From assembly GCA_951406725.2 (NCBI GenBank), contig OX597821.1:96534001-96598000 (forward strand): DNA of 64,000 nucleotides, in the 5' to 3' direction. The translations under genes and the position numbers were made by a program. Below the pieces are notes generated by a model. The model was not told the DNA's origin and did no database searches. It was given only the letters and a program-made list of their open reading frames with translations. Numbering within the stretch: position 1 is the stretch's first letter; every line of letters starts with the position of its first letter. Positions 1 through 14,300 of the stretch are shown piece after piece. Source of the stretch: Octopus vulgaris (Eukaryota).

Positions 1-270
<270 letters not shown>

Positions 271-424
271 AGGTTTTGGAGGTTTTGGTGTCGTTGTCGT
301 TATTTTTCGCTTTCGTATCGCTTCCTCTCCGGAAAATGTGCGATACTTATTGAGATATCACAATATAACACACATACGCACAAACACTCGGAGAATAGAA
401 ACGTGCCCGAACGCGCGCGCGCGC

Positions 425-429
<5 letters not shown>

Positions 430-464
<35 letters not shown>

Positions 465-521
465 GAACCATATACATACAAAAGTTGAAACATACACAAT
501 AAGAAACAGATTTACATAGAA

Positions 522-589
<68 letters not shown>

Positions 590-840
590 ACACAAACTGA
601 ACCACATACATACAGAAGTTGAAACATACACAATAAGAAACAGATTTACATAGAAGCACATACACACACACTTACACACACACACACACACACATACACA
701 CATACACACACACACACACATATACACACACAAACTGAACCATATACATACAAAAGTTGAAACATACACAATAAGAAACAGATTTACATAGAAGCACATA
801 CACACACACTTACACACATACATACATACACATACACACA
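430..840. repeat. Compound minisatellite: 3 copies of a ~70-bp unit separated by variable (CA)n
   Basis: caaactgaacca...aagttgaaacatacacaataagaaacagatttacatagaagcacata occurs at ~460, ~593 and ~731. Confidence 0.9.
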
Positions 841-1360
841 TCGATATCACTGACAAAAACAATTGCTTTCAGCAAATATTTACCTCCTACTACGTCAACG
901 AAGTACAGAGTTGACAGACACGCTATTGTCGCATAGAAAGCATTGCGGTTATTTTGGCGCTAGATCAACTACTCAACTACAGGAGTCAACTTAACCCTAC
1001 CTCTCTCTTTCGGAATGGTACATTGCGTCGTTAGATGGGGTCGAGGTGGGATCACTATTAGGGTCCCTTTCTATCAAAATCGGCGATAATGTTAAGCGAG
1101 GAACTAGAAGGTTCTTGTCCAGGACAAACTGCATGGAACGGAAATAGGACAAAAAGGCTATTGTCTACGAGTCAAGAAGAGATATTCTAAGTGGTCGTTC
1201 TGCCTATTGTTTTGTGCATGGACAAAATCGATAGAGCGTCGGGCAACATGCCTGTAGTGTGTAATTATGATCCTTTACGTTCAAACCCCGCAGATGTCTG
1301 TTTTGCTTCCCATTCTTCGTGGATAAATCTCTCTCTCTCTCACACACACAAAAACAACAC

Positions 1361-1419
<59 letters not shown>

Positions 1420-1605
1420 GTACATACACGCATACACACGTACACACACATGCGCGCACAGAGTGATGGAAAGAAAGTGAGTCTGACGAAGGGATGTTAG
1501 CAAAAAATTCGAAGTTCCAGTCAACTTTACTCTAGAATAGATATTTATATATGTATATATATATGTGTGTGTGTGTGCATATATATACATATAGAGAGAG
1601 AGAGG

Positions 1606-1690
<85 letters not shown>

Positions 1691-3543
1691 TGCCTGGATG
1701 TGTCTGTGTAAATAAGAAAGGTGCACATTTCATGCGTCAAAGTGTTAAACCTATATACAAGTACGACACTTTCTCGTCGGTTGACAATGCATTTACAGCA
1801 AAGGACCATTCCAGCAAATTATAATACAGGACACGATATCAAGTTAGAGAGAAATAAGAACATTGATAGCACTGGCATTCTGTACAGAATTTTACTCATA
1901 CACACATACACACAGGCCTCAAAAAAGAAAGGAATAGATTAACTCTTGAAGCTTTATTGACAACAAAATAGAAGCCAAAAACCTTCACCTAGTTACAGCA
2001 CACGTGAATTAATGACATCTTGTAGGAGTTAACCGTTGTATAATTTCAAACCCGGTGCTGACGATTATTCTGTTATAACAGTATTCCCGTCATCCTTTGC
2101 TACTGACTGAAAAACACGCTGACAACACGTCAATCCTAATATCAATTCATTGAGGTGAGAAAACAGACAAGAGCTTGAAACGTTAATTGACTTTAAGAAT
2201 GCTATTGTTCAGAATTGAAAATGGGGAATTAATAAGGGAATACGAAATAAATTTGATACAAAGGATAACCTTAAATGCAGTCGGTTCTTTAATATTCGTT
2301 TGAAAGAATAGCTTTATCTTATTTATACACACATGAAGTTACGAAAAGAGACAGACATAGAGATGGAAACATTTTAAATATTTTAGTGGTTTTAAGTATT
2401 CGCCAGTAAAATCTCAAACAAGCATAATGGACTAAGTATCATACAATAATTAAAAATAATATTCATTGTTTTGTTTTAATTTTTTCGTTGTTTCGTTGTT
2501 TCGCTTTTCCATTTTGTTTTCAAACAGCCATTCAGCTTCATTGAATGATTAAGAAAAATATAATAATATTTCATGGAGATTATTTTTATTTGTCAAGCAA
2601 ATTGTTAAATTTATTCCATTATGAAAGAAGATGAGGATGTAGAGCACGGAGAGAATAAACAGAATCATCAATTCTTTAACATGTCACTTAACACAACAGC
2701 AGATTTTGTTGTTGTTGCATAGTTCCAGTTAAACCCTAATCCAACGGATCCATGATCACCAGCAGTATTCTAGCATGGCCATCTCATCATCGTTATCTTA
2801 TTAATTTTATTATTAAGGCGACGAGCTGACCGAATGGACTCCATTTGCTACTTGTTGCTGTGATTTAGCTCCCAAGTCGGCCTTGATGGAACAGAGCTAT
2901 GATCGAAACATAGCAGCTGTGCCATATCAAAATTTCAAGGAACTTAGGATCACATTACTCAATGTTTCTTTTTTTAAATACGGTAGGTTGTGATCTGAAT
3001 AACATTGAGCTGCTATTTCTTATAAGTTTAAGCTCATAAAATAAAGGACTGCTTCTTAATCAATTCGCGTTGCTTGGCTTCTTTGCACTTGTACAGGGCT
3101 ATCTTAACAGTAATATAGGCCCCCGAACTAATCAAATTCACTGGTCACTATAATATTTATTAACAGCAAGCTGCATCATACATAGATCCCAATTGGATCC
3201 CTAGACACGTGAGACCCCCAAGACAATCATCGAATGTATTTATGCCTTAAGGTGTCGCTGTACTTGATTAGTAAGGTTTAGTGTTAAAAATTTAAGAATT
3301 ACTGGCTTGCACATTCGGAAGTATCACTAAGTCGCTATTAGTTTTGGTGATGCAAACCCTAAGGGCTTCTTCTGTCATAAACCAGTTCCTAACTATTCCA
3401 TATCAGACTCAGTGGAAACAATTCTCTCCCTGCCCTCATCATCTGTGTCTTGTCTCCTACCCATTCGGATACCTTTCACGGTCCACAGAGCCGAATCCTC
3501 TCTCTCGAGAATTGTCAACCCTTTACCTTATTCATTGTGGTGG

Positions 3544-3878
3544 AGACCCCCTTCGGTCATGAATGATCATGGGATTGCACCTAGAAAGTTACCCTCCGAG
3601 GCACAAGTCAGGGCAAGATTGTTTGTGGAAGGCTAGCAGTTGCCCATGCATACCAGCCTCCCCTCTCCACACCACTGATGTTATCCAAGGGAAAGACAAA
3701 GGGGCCGATACAGCTTGGCACCAATGACGTCGCAACTCATTTCTACAGCTGAGGTAACTGGAGCAACGTGAAATAAAGTGTCTTGCTCAAGAACACAACA
3801 CGTAGCCCGGTCCGGGAATCGAACTCACAACCTCACGATCGTAAGCTCTACGCTCTAACCACTGAGCCATGCGCCTTC
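3544..3878 (-). mobile_element. tRNA-headed SINE, family C (Meta-domain-like gtgttcttgagcaagacacttt)
   Basis: Minus strand begins gtgaaggcgcatggctcagtggttagagcg (A box) with gagttcgattccc (B box); near full-length match to the copy at 30731-31065. Confidence 0.85.
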
Positions 3879-4414
3879 ACATATTCATTGTACTTGTCTA
3901 CTTATCTCGTTCATTTTTCTGGTTGTTGCTGTTTCGTCTCAACCAAATTGGATGAGCAGACTTATAACCAAAACAAATTCAGACGTAACCATTCCATCTG
4001 CTTATGAGTAAAAAGGACATTATTTGACATGTTCTTTACCTCTGTAAGATGATACGGTGGGGTGATTTGAAGTAAAATTGGTTGCTATTTCTACAAGACT
4101 CAACGAGGGTGCAGAGTTTCCTTGCCACATTTTCCCTACAGATGTTAACTTACAATTGTAATCATCTTATCAGTCAGAAAGAAACCTCAAAGGTCAAGGA
4201 CGCTAACTCTTGCTCTTAACTTAACCATGACAATCATTTATATGCACTAATTGTAATCATGTACGTCTCTAAGATGTCTTAGTCCCAATAATGTTCTTTG
4301 AGTGTCTTCGGGTTAAGGGACAACAACTAAAAGACTACTTCTTAGCTATTTTTGTTGTTAAAATTTAAGGAGTAGCAAATTATGGACATGTTCACTTTCC
4401 GTCTTAAGTTTAAA

Positions 4415-4455
<41 letters not shown>

Positions 4456-4609
4456 GCAGTAGTGGCTGTGTGGTAAGTAGCCTGCTTACGAATCAAATGG
4501 TCCCGGGTCCAGTCCCACTGCGTGACACCTTGGGCAAGTGTCTTCTACTATAGCCTCTATCAAAGCCTTGTGATTGGATTTGGTACACGAAAATTGAAAG
4601 AAGCCAGTT

Positions 4610-4610
<1 letters not shown>
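4456..4610 (+). mobile_element. SINE family B (tRNA-like head, CORE-like ccttgggcaagtg), 5' half
   Basis: gtggctgtgtggtaagtagc...cagtcccactgcgtgacaccttgggcaagtgtcttctactatagcc; same family as 18345-18757 and 36880-37322. Confidence 0.8.
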
Positions 4611-4676
<66 letters not shown>

Positions 4677-4750
4677 TGCAGGTATGTATCTATGTAAATA
4701 TAGTGAAAGGCACCTAACAGTTATTGTTATCGAAATTAGTGGGTCTTGAA

Positions 4751-4946
4751 AGGCGGAGAAACGGCAAAAGGTTTAGCGACATTTCTTTCAGCTCTTTTAC
4801 GTTCTGAGTTCAAATTCCGCCGAGGTTGACTTTGCCTTTCATCCTTTCGGGATCTATAAAATAAGTACCAGTTGAACACTGTGGCCGATTACATCGACTT
4901 ACCCTTCGCCTAAAATTGCTGCTGACCTAATGCCAAAATTTGAAAC
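4751..4946 (+). mobile_element. SINE family A (Nin/Deu-domain-like) with 20-bp TSD
   Basis: Core gagttcaaattccgccgaggttgactttgcctttcatcctttcggg...aaataagtaccag; flanking direct repeats cgaaattagtgggtcttgaa (4731-4750) and cgaaattaatgggtgttgaa (4947-4966). Confidence 0.85.
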
Positions 4947-5526
4947 CGAAATTAATGGGTGTTGAACACACTCAAATTATAGTTTTCTATTCAATATTAT
5001 CAGTCGGTTATCTACAAGGCTCCATCTGAGAATCATCAGAATAAATGGATTCCACTGTGAATACGCGCGCCTTTATATATATATAAATGTGCAACAGTTG
5101 ATAAAAAGTATGATGGAGGAGAAGAGTACTCAAAAGAGCAAAAATGCGACCACCGCCCAGCAACAACAACAGTTATAATTAATTTAGCAATTTCTACCAC
5201 AAGAAGAATACTAGGTCGCCCCATTTTGCTGAGAGAGAGGGAACAGTGGATCAAATTGACCTCCAGTGCTTGTATTTCACACCTTTTGCGATTTAAGGAC
5301 TTTTGAGGGTTTTAGGGTGTTGGTGCTTTCTGTTAATTATCATTCTTATTATATAGATGTACTTTATTGTAAATGCTCGTCCCCTATAGAATGTTAAATG
5401 GCAATGTGAACCTCGAACAGATTTGAAGTAACAAGTCAGGCTGTTCCAAACTGGATTTGCTTACTTAGACCAATGCGCTCGCAAGAGCAATGACCAGCAT
5501 GGAAACTTCAAGAAATTTCACGAAAC

Positions 5527-6005
5527 AGGCGTGACTTCGTTGGCAGGAAGCATGCCTCACAACTACCTGATACGAAGTTTAGTCCTATTGCGTGGAATCT
5601 TGGGTAGGGGTCTTCTATAATAGATCAGGACCGACCAAACCCTTGTGAGGGGATTCGGTTGACAGAAACTGAAAAAAATCTACGGTGTCTGGGTATATAT
5701 ATAGTTTATCTTTCATTTACTTATCTCAGTCATTAGACTGCAGCCAATGTGTGTTTGTGTGTATGTGTGTGTATGTGAGTGTGTGTGCGTGTGTGGAGAA
5801 AGAGAGAGAGAGTGAGAGAGATGTATATATATATATATATAAATGTGTGTGTGTGTGTGTTAGTTCCCCGTCACCGTTTGAGAACCGGTGTTGTTTTGTT
5901 TACGTCGCCGTAACTTTATGGTTCGACAAATGAGACCGATATAATAAAAACTAGGTTTTTAAAAAATAAGTACTAGGAGCGATTTGTTGTGAGTGGATCA
6001 AGTAA
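5527..6005 (+). mobile_element. SINE family B, diverged copy with internal microsatellite
   Basis: Degenerate head and tcttgggtaggggtcttct core, gacagaaactgaa, then 3' module tttacgtcgccgtaact...gagaccgat...aataagtactaggagcgattt. Confidence 0.65.
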
Positions 6006-6073
6006 AAGATTGAAGAAAAGAAGAAAAGAAGGAAAAGAAAAACGTAATATGAAAATAAGGAATGGACCCTTAC

Positions 6074-6389
6074 CTGTTCGATAAAAATCGATAACTGAAT
6101 TAAATACCGCTGGATGGCGATCAAAAAAATATTCCTCCTTTTGGTGCGTTTGCTTATGTATGTCCGCAAGTTTACTTAGACGAGTTTGGGGACAGTTCTT
6201 TAATGTGGATACGTGTGTTTCATGACGGACGCCTCCAACGTTAAGCGTAATCCTTTCGTCGGGCCCACTTTGACCCAAGAATCCACTACGTTTGGGGGTG
6301 GTCGACATATATGCCATTGCATTTGAAGCCAAACTTTTGGAGGGAGAAGCCAGCACGGGGCTGCAATCGAGTGGAGGGTAGTTAGCCAT
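6074..6389 (-). CDS. Shaw: First coding exon of a Shaw/Kv3 (KCNC)-like voltage-gated potassium channel: N-terminus plus most of the T1 (BTB) tetramerisation domain
   Basis: Translation [29 protein letters not shown]...[22 protein letters not shown] matches Shaw-type T1 motifs (LNVGGxRHET, TRLS, [11 protein letters not shown], YRTG). Homology stops at a canonical donor ACAG|GTAAGG at 6074/6073 (phase 1). There is an in-frame TAA 7 codons upstream of the ATG. No downstream exon is visible in 1-6073. Exact paralogue unknown. Confidence 0.9.
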
Positions 6390-6480
6390 TTCTACAGCCT
6401 TTGGAATTTAAGGATTTCTTTTTTTTTTTTAAGATTATGGGGGTTGTGGTGGTTTCTGTAAATTATTATTATTTCCTGAG

Positions 6481-6530
<50 letters not shown>

Positions 6531-6589
6531 TTATATATATGTATATCTATAAATCGATATACATATGTATATATATTTACATATGTAAA

Positions 6590-6636
<47 letters not shown>

Positions 6637-6792
6637 GGGGCGGTTTTTTTTTCTTTCTCTTAATTCACATCATACTGCAGGCAACCACCAAATATACAAT
6701 GAAAACTATAGGGCCCTTGGTGTGTAGGCTTTTATTTTTTCCTCCTTTTATCCAGGAGTTTGAAGGGTAGGGTATCGATAAGGGAAGGGTTG

Positions 6793-6823
<31 letters not shown>

Positions 6824-7307
6824 GTTGTTTTTTTTTTTTCTCTTTTCTTTAGAAGACCTTTCTGTTTTGTTCAGTTATTATGATTACCATCATCATTATC
6901 TTCATCACCATCATCATCGTCATCATCATCTTCCTCATCATCAATCTTGTTTTCTTGTTTGTTTTGTTTTGATTTCGTGTTTGTGTTTTTGTATGTGTGT
7001 TATGTGTTGTTGTTGTTGTTATCCTTTAAGGCTGGGTTGGTCTTGTTGCTATTGGCGAAGATGTGGACGGTAATGAGACAACGATGCTGATGATAGGGGG
7101 GTGGGGCGATGGCAGTTTGGTAGTGTAGGTGCAGGGGTGGTAGTACAAGGCTAGTGGTGGAGGTGGAGGTGATGGTGGTGGTGGTTGGTGGAAGTGCTGG
7201 TGTTAGTGTAATATTTTTGGCGACCACTTGTGTATTTGTATGTATGTATGTATGTTTGTGAGTGTTATGATAAGGGCTAATACCACTTGACAGATGGATA
7301 GACAGAT

Positions 7308-7371
<64 letters not shown>

Positions 7372-7836
7372 GGTGGTGGTGGTGGTAGTCACAATGGTAA
7401 GGACGCCACCTGTCGGTGTGCTGTGCTGTGCTTTGATCAGTGTATGTAGTCGTCTATGTGTGTATGTTGTTGTTGTTGTTGTTGTTTGTGTTTGTGTTTA
7501 TGTTTATACCTATGTGTGTGTTTGTGTGGTTCTATAAGACATGTATGTCTGTGTCTGGCTGCTGGCCGCGTGCGTATTGTGTATGGCATGTGTGAAAGTG
7601 GGGTGGGTATATGTGCACCTCCGAGTCTCACTGTGTGTATGTGTACGTGTGTATGTGTGTGTGTGTTGTTTGCGTGTTTGTTGTTGCACATGCATGCATC
7701 CGAATGTTTGTGTGCGAGTGGTGTGCGTGTTGGTGGGGCAGCGCCGCGGTCTGCTTTTGGCCTTTACACAAATTTTGACTCCCTCCGCTTCCAATTTTGG
7801 ATTGGGTGTATATATATACATATATATATATATATC

Positions 7837-7888
<52 letters not shown>

Positions 7889-9279
7889 GTGTGTATATAT
7901 AAATGTATGTGTATATATGTCAGTGTTATTGAGCGAGTGTATACAGAACTGTATCTGTTTATACGAGCTTGTTGCTTTGTTGTATAGTTGTATATACAAT
8001 TATGTATGAATATATCTATGTATGTATAGTATGTACGTATAATATAATATGATATAATATAATATAATATAATATATATATATATATAAAACAGAAAATA
8101 AAAAGGCAGGACTATCACAGTACGTCTTCGCAACGTCGAGATTCACGTTCGATTCTCAATGTGCATGTATCTCCCTTCTGCTATACTTCCTCACGTTTTT
8201 TTCTCTCAGTAATTATAACCGAAACGACTTGTTCAAGGTTCGAATCCAGAAAAGATATATTGCGTTTCTCTTTTTATTCTTGTTCATTTGTTTTCGTTTA
8301 TTATATTTTTGTTTCGTATTTTCTTCCTTCCTTCCTTGTTTTTGTTGTTGTTGGTGGCTGTGGTAGTTGCTGACGTAATTTTTTGTTTTTGTTGTTGTTG
8401 TTGTTGATGTTGTTTGTGAGCATGTATACGCAGAAAACGCATATGTATGTATGTATATGTGTGTGAACGTGTGTTTGTGTATGTGTGTCTGTGTTTGTAT
8501 ATGCGTATGAGGATTTATTATTGTTATTCGTAATATCTCAAACACTTCACTGTTTTGAGTGCTTACTTACACACACACATACACACACAGTCACTCACAT
8601 ACTAACACGCCTACACACACGCTCTCAAACAGTCACTCACACACTCACTCAAGCACACACACTCACTCAACCACACTCACACACTCACTCACACTTAAAC
8701 ACTCACACTCACACTCACACGCACGCACACACTCACTCACACACACTCAACACACACCCACACCCCCACACGCACTCACTCAAACTCACTTTGTCTTTCT
8801 CACCTTTCTGTGTTTTTTTCCTTCTCTCTATCTCCCTCTGTCACTATTTCTATGTGTTTTTCATCTTTTTCTTCTTCGGGTAAGGATCAGCATTGAAGTA
8901 AAACCTGGGTAACAGGCAGGTGAGCAGGTTGTTTTTAGAGGATGGACATGCGCCGAAAAATCCGTTCAGGTGCGTCGCACAGACCGCATCAACGACGAAT
9001 CCAGAATGTATGCATAAAGTCTGTGGGTAGATATTAATGCTAGTGTGCATGTAAGTGTGTGTGTGTGTATGTGTGTGTGTGTGTGTGTGTGTGAGATGTG
9101 AATATGCGTTTAGAGGGGGTCTAAGAACTATCTAAATAGACGTATGTGTGTGTGTGTGTGTGTTTGTGTGTGTATGTGTATGTATGTGTGTGTATGTGTG
9201 TGATAGATGTGAATATGCGTTTAGAGTGGTCTAAGAACGATCTAAATAGACGTGTGTATGTGTGTTTGTGTGTGTGTGT

Positions 9280-9318
<39 letters not shown>

Positions 9319-9938
9319 TGTGTGTATAGTTGTGAAATTATCACAGAAGTATGAAACAGGAGTGATGTGAATTGAATGGTGCTATTATCTAAACCTTAAT
9401 AGTCTGCCGAATACGCACGCATGCATTCATACACTCAAACATGTATGTTATGGGTTCCACAATGTAAAGAGCGTTGTATACGATTGTGATAAGCGATTTT
9501 CTGTGTATGTGTGTGTAAGATACAAAAGGATGTGCTACTTATCAATTTGGGTGTTGAACTGTTTGTAATATCCACGGCTTTTTGTTTGTTTGTTTGTTTC
9601 CTCTTTTGTGTTTTTTGTCGTATATAATTTGCTTTTGTTTTTCTTTTGTTGGTTTTCTTTTTTCGTATTTTTTTTTTTTTTTTTTGGCGGGGTAGTAAAA
9701 TAATACCATGTAAACCGAGTTCAGTACGTGTGGGTGAGGAAAAACGAATTGAAAAGCAGCGGAGAAGCAACTAAAACAGAGAGACAGCGGCGTGAAGGAG
9801 GAAAAACGGAGAGTTACAGGATACTAGAGAAGAGAAGCGGAAAGAGAGATAACGAAAAAGAGAGTGAGTGAAATGAAAGGAAGAGAGAGAACAGTGAGTG
9901 AAAGAAATGATGTAAGTGATAGACAGACAGATAATTAT

Positions 9939-9974
<36 letters not shown>

Positions 9975-10461
9975 GGGTAGTGAGTTCAAAGTATGCTCAA
10001 CGTTAAACAACTGCCTTCAATAAGCGATTATGGATGCATGCATGGTATTGCATGAATGTATATCTGCAGGTCTATACGTTTGTGGATTTGTGTGCATGCA
10101 CATATACATAAGTGTATGTGTGTGTGTGTCTATGAATGTCTGTATGGGGGCGTGTGTGTGTGTTTGTAGATGAGAAACGGATAAACGGACAACGAGTACC
10201 GTTCGCTCGCCGCCTTTCTGTGACAAAACTGCTACTGAAGAGCAGTGCTGCTGGTGATGCTGATGATTGTGAGGATGATGGTGATGGTGATGAAGGGTAG
10301 GAGGAGAAGCAGGAGGCGAAGGAGGAGGAGGAGGAGGAGGAAGAAGGAGAACAAATGACCATGAGCTTAAGTTATTTTTTTGAAAATCCTTTCTCTGTAG
10401 TCGATGCTTTGTGTGTGCGTGAGGCGATTACAAAGAAAAAAAAGAAGGGCGTATATATACG

Positions 10462-10563
<102 letters not shown>

Positions 10564-10681
10564 GAGAAAAAGGGAGGGATAGAGACACAGTTAGTCAAGA
10601 CAAATGTCTGGAGTTATTCCTTTATTTCCAATATTCAATCCGTCTACCAAGTCCGGGAGTCCGTGGGTGTCCGTGTGTGCG

Positions 10682-10755
<74 letters not shown>

Positions 10756-10854
10756 ATCTGTGTGTTTGTGTGAATGAGCTTATATATATTTGTTAGTCCG
10801 TGCGTATGTGCCTCTATGTTTGTGTCATGTGTCCGTGAAACTCTGTGTGTGTGA

Positions 10855-10893
<39 letters not shown>

Positions 10894-11452
10894 CGTGTGT
10901 GCAATATATGGTAGATAGGATAAAATGTCGTATAGCAGGCAATGCAACAGTTATTATATGACGATCGTCTTACGGATGATCTAAATACAAGGAAGTGTGG
11001 TAGCAAACCTATATGGATATTTAAAAAAAAAAAAAAACGTGTGGATTAATTTGTCGGAAAGGGACAGTGCCTTTTTTTATGTCTTTTTCTTTAGTTTCTT
11101 TTTTCAAAAAAAAAATTTTTTCTTTATTTTTCTTTATGTTTTGCAATATATATATATATATATATAACATATACAACATAGATTTTTCAGACACCGATGG
11201 CTCGAAACCTCTCATAACCCGCACAAATTTAATTTACAGTAATGTAGAGATGCGTGAATTTCATCGTATAATTGCAGTAAATCTATTATTTGTTTCGTTT
11301 AGTGTATGTTGACCCAAAGTGACCACCACTGGTTCGAAAAAAATCAGTTATCTAGAAAGGCCTTGGAACAAAGGGTTCCGGCAAATAGTTGTGTGTGTGA
11401 GTGAATAGAGAGACAGGGATAGACAGATGTGTCACACAGCACTTACACAAAA

Positions 11453-11498
<46 letters not shown>

Positions 11499-11943
11499 AG
11501 TCGAGTGTGAGGTGTGGATTGAGGAATAAACTATGGTGAGTGTTTTGTTGTTCGTTTTCTTTTGTTTTGTTGTTTTTCCTATCCTAGTCGTACTTTCTCT
11601 TTCTTTCTAGAAGTTACCGAAGTCGGCGAAGATGCCCTAACAATGACTGCTATCCAAATCTATTTATCTAGGCAGCTTGCTATCTCTCCTTCTGTCCGTC
11701 AGTATGTATGTATGTATGTATGTATGTATGTATGTATGTATGTATGTATGTATGTATGTATGAATGAATGAATGAACTGAGAGTGCAAGGGGGGAACAAG
11801 AGTGACTCACAAACATACACGCACTCACTCATACACCGAAGAAGAGAAAGAGAAAAAAAAATCAGTATACCGTATCGAAACAACAGGCGACTGACTTAAA
11901 AAAAATAATCCGTGAAAATATTCCGAACACAGGAACAAGAAAC

Positions 11944-12004
<61 letters not shown>

Positions 12005-12275
12005 GGTAAATGTATGTGCGTGTTTGTGTATATATGCGTCTGTGGCGGTGCTGTGTCTACTGTATTACTGAATATATAATATTGGTGTACATATTCTCTG
12101 TGTGTATGTAATATATAATTGTATAAAATTTAAGTCTGTAATAGACTAGTAATTGAGTCTTATCGCGGAGGTGTGTTGCGACGGGATCGTATAGTGTTGT
12201 TTAACTGTGATGGTGGCCGTGTTGTTGAATGTCTGTGTCATTTTAAGTCGGTGTGTTTGTATAGTATTATATATG

Positions 12276-12316
<41 letters not shown>

Positions 12317-12890
12317 AATGTTGTGTTGTGGGGTTTATGCTGTGTAATTGTGCGGCTGTGTGGCTGAATGGCTGTAGCCGTTGTTATGTGTTTCGACCGA
12401 AACTGTGAAATACCTGAGCGATGTGCTTGCGCTACTGCGGCAAAACACGATCAAAAAAGCTATGACGATGACAGACACGCGCATGTGTAGTATGTGTGTG
12501 TGTGTGTTTGTGTGTGTTTGTGTGTGTGTGTGTGTGTGTATGTGTGTGTGAGTGTGCGTACGCGCACGTGTGGGTGTGTATGTGTGCTGTGCGCTCTGCT
12601 ATTGCTGTTGCTGAGGATGCTGTAGTTGCTGATGGTGCAATTGCTATTGTTGCTGCTGTTGCTGCTGCTAGTGCTCCGACCACTGTTTCTGCTGCTACTA
12701 CACCTACTGCTGCTGTTGCTGCAGCTGCAACAATTACCACCACCGCCACGACTACTACTACTACTACTACTACTACTACTGCTGCTACTGCTGCTGCTAA
12801 TTCTACTGCTACTAATACTGCATTTGCCACTGCTACTAATACTGCTGTTGCAACTGCTACTACTACTACTACTACTAATAATAATAATGA

Positions 12891-13045
12891 TTTCAAATTT
12901 TGGCACAAGGCCAGCAATTTCGTGGGAGGAATGAGTCGATTAGATCTACCCCAGTATTCACCTGGTACTTATTTTATCGACTCTCGAAAGGATGAAACTT
13001 AAAGTCGACCTCGGCGGAGTTTGAACTCAGAACGTAAAGACAGAC

Positions 13046-13106
<61 letters not shown>

Positions 13107-13300
13107 CCTGTCTACTAAAGGCTCAAGGCCTGAAATTTGGTGGGGGACGGGAATAGCTGATTACATCGACATCAGTGTTTGACTGGTACTTAATTTATCG
13201 ACCCCGAAAGGATGAAAGGTAAAGTCGATCTCGGCTGAATTTGAACTCAGAACGTAAAGACGGACGAAATACCACTAAGCATTTCGTCGGCGGATTCTCC
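12891..13300 (-). mobile_element. Two SINE family A copies separated by (AAT)n
   Basis: Each has tcgacc(t)cggc..aatttgaactcagaacgtaaagac and gaaaggatgaaa (reverse complement of the family A core). Confidence 0.85.
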
Positions 13301-13729
13301 GCTCTACCACTAGCTGTAATTGTTTAATAATGTGAAGTGCGAGCTGACCAATGGTAAGATGCGTTCCAAACATGACCAGTCGTTCGCTCTACCTACTTTT
13401 ACTAGTTAGTGGTAGGGTAGTAGTAGTAATGGTGGCAGTTTCTAATATCTTCATGTGAAGTGCGAGCTACTGTTGTAGTAATAACCAATGGTAAGATGCG
13501 TTCCAAACATGACCAGTCGTTCTGTTTCTTTCGTCCAGTGAAACCTTAGGATCACATTATTCTAAGAGGTGTAGGGTGTGATTTTGAGGGAGATTTAGCT
13601 GCTACTTTTAGCAAATCGAGCAACTACGTTGTGGTTCGCTGACGCGGGGTGTTAGTGGTAGCGGTAGTAGTAGTAGACGTGGTGGCAGTTGTCTAAGCTA
13701 TTGTTCATGGTGTTATTGTAGCAGCTACT

Positions 13730-13733
13730 GTTA

Positions 13734-13772
<39 letters not shown>

Positions 13773-13869
13773 GTTGCTGCTACGATTACTATTGCTAATA
13801 CTTTAACTACACTACTACTACTACTACTATTACTACTATTGCTGCATACGATTCATTGCTAATACTTTA

Positions 13870-13907
<38 letters not shown>

Positions 13908-13959
13908 AACGACTACTACTACTACTGTTGCTGCTACGATTACTATTGCTAATACTTTA

Positions 13960-14004
<45 letters not shown>

Positions 14005-14037
14005 GTTGCTGCTACGATTACTATTGCTAATACTTTA

Positions 14038-14070
<33 letters not shown>

Positions 14071-14077
14071 GTTGCTG

Positions 14078-14151
<74 letters not shown>

Positions 14152-14184
14152 GTTGCTGCTACGATTACTATTGCTAATACTTTA

Positions 14185-14247
<63 letters not shown>

Positions 14248-14300
14248 GTTGCTGCTGCGATTACTATTGCTAATACTTTAACTGCTACAACCCCCACAAC
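13730..14300. repeat. Higher-order repeat: ~6 copies of a ~35-bp unit separated by variable (ACT)n
   Basis: ctgttgctgctacgattactattgctaatactttaa at ~13771, 13840 (variant), 13925, 14003, 14150 and 14246. Confidence 0.9.

Noticed and set aside
5973-6073. C-terminal extension of the Kv ORF ([11 protein letters not shown]...)
   Set aside because: Read-through past the GT donor into low-complexity intron sequence
8878-9056. Plus-strand exon of a divergent transcript (donor-like CAG|GTGAGC and CAT|GTAAGT)
   Set aside because: Such short motifs occur by chance; there is no ORF or acceptor support
13730-14300. Repeat-spacer pattern resembling CRISPR
   Set aside because: The spacers are just (ACT)n of variable length
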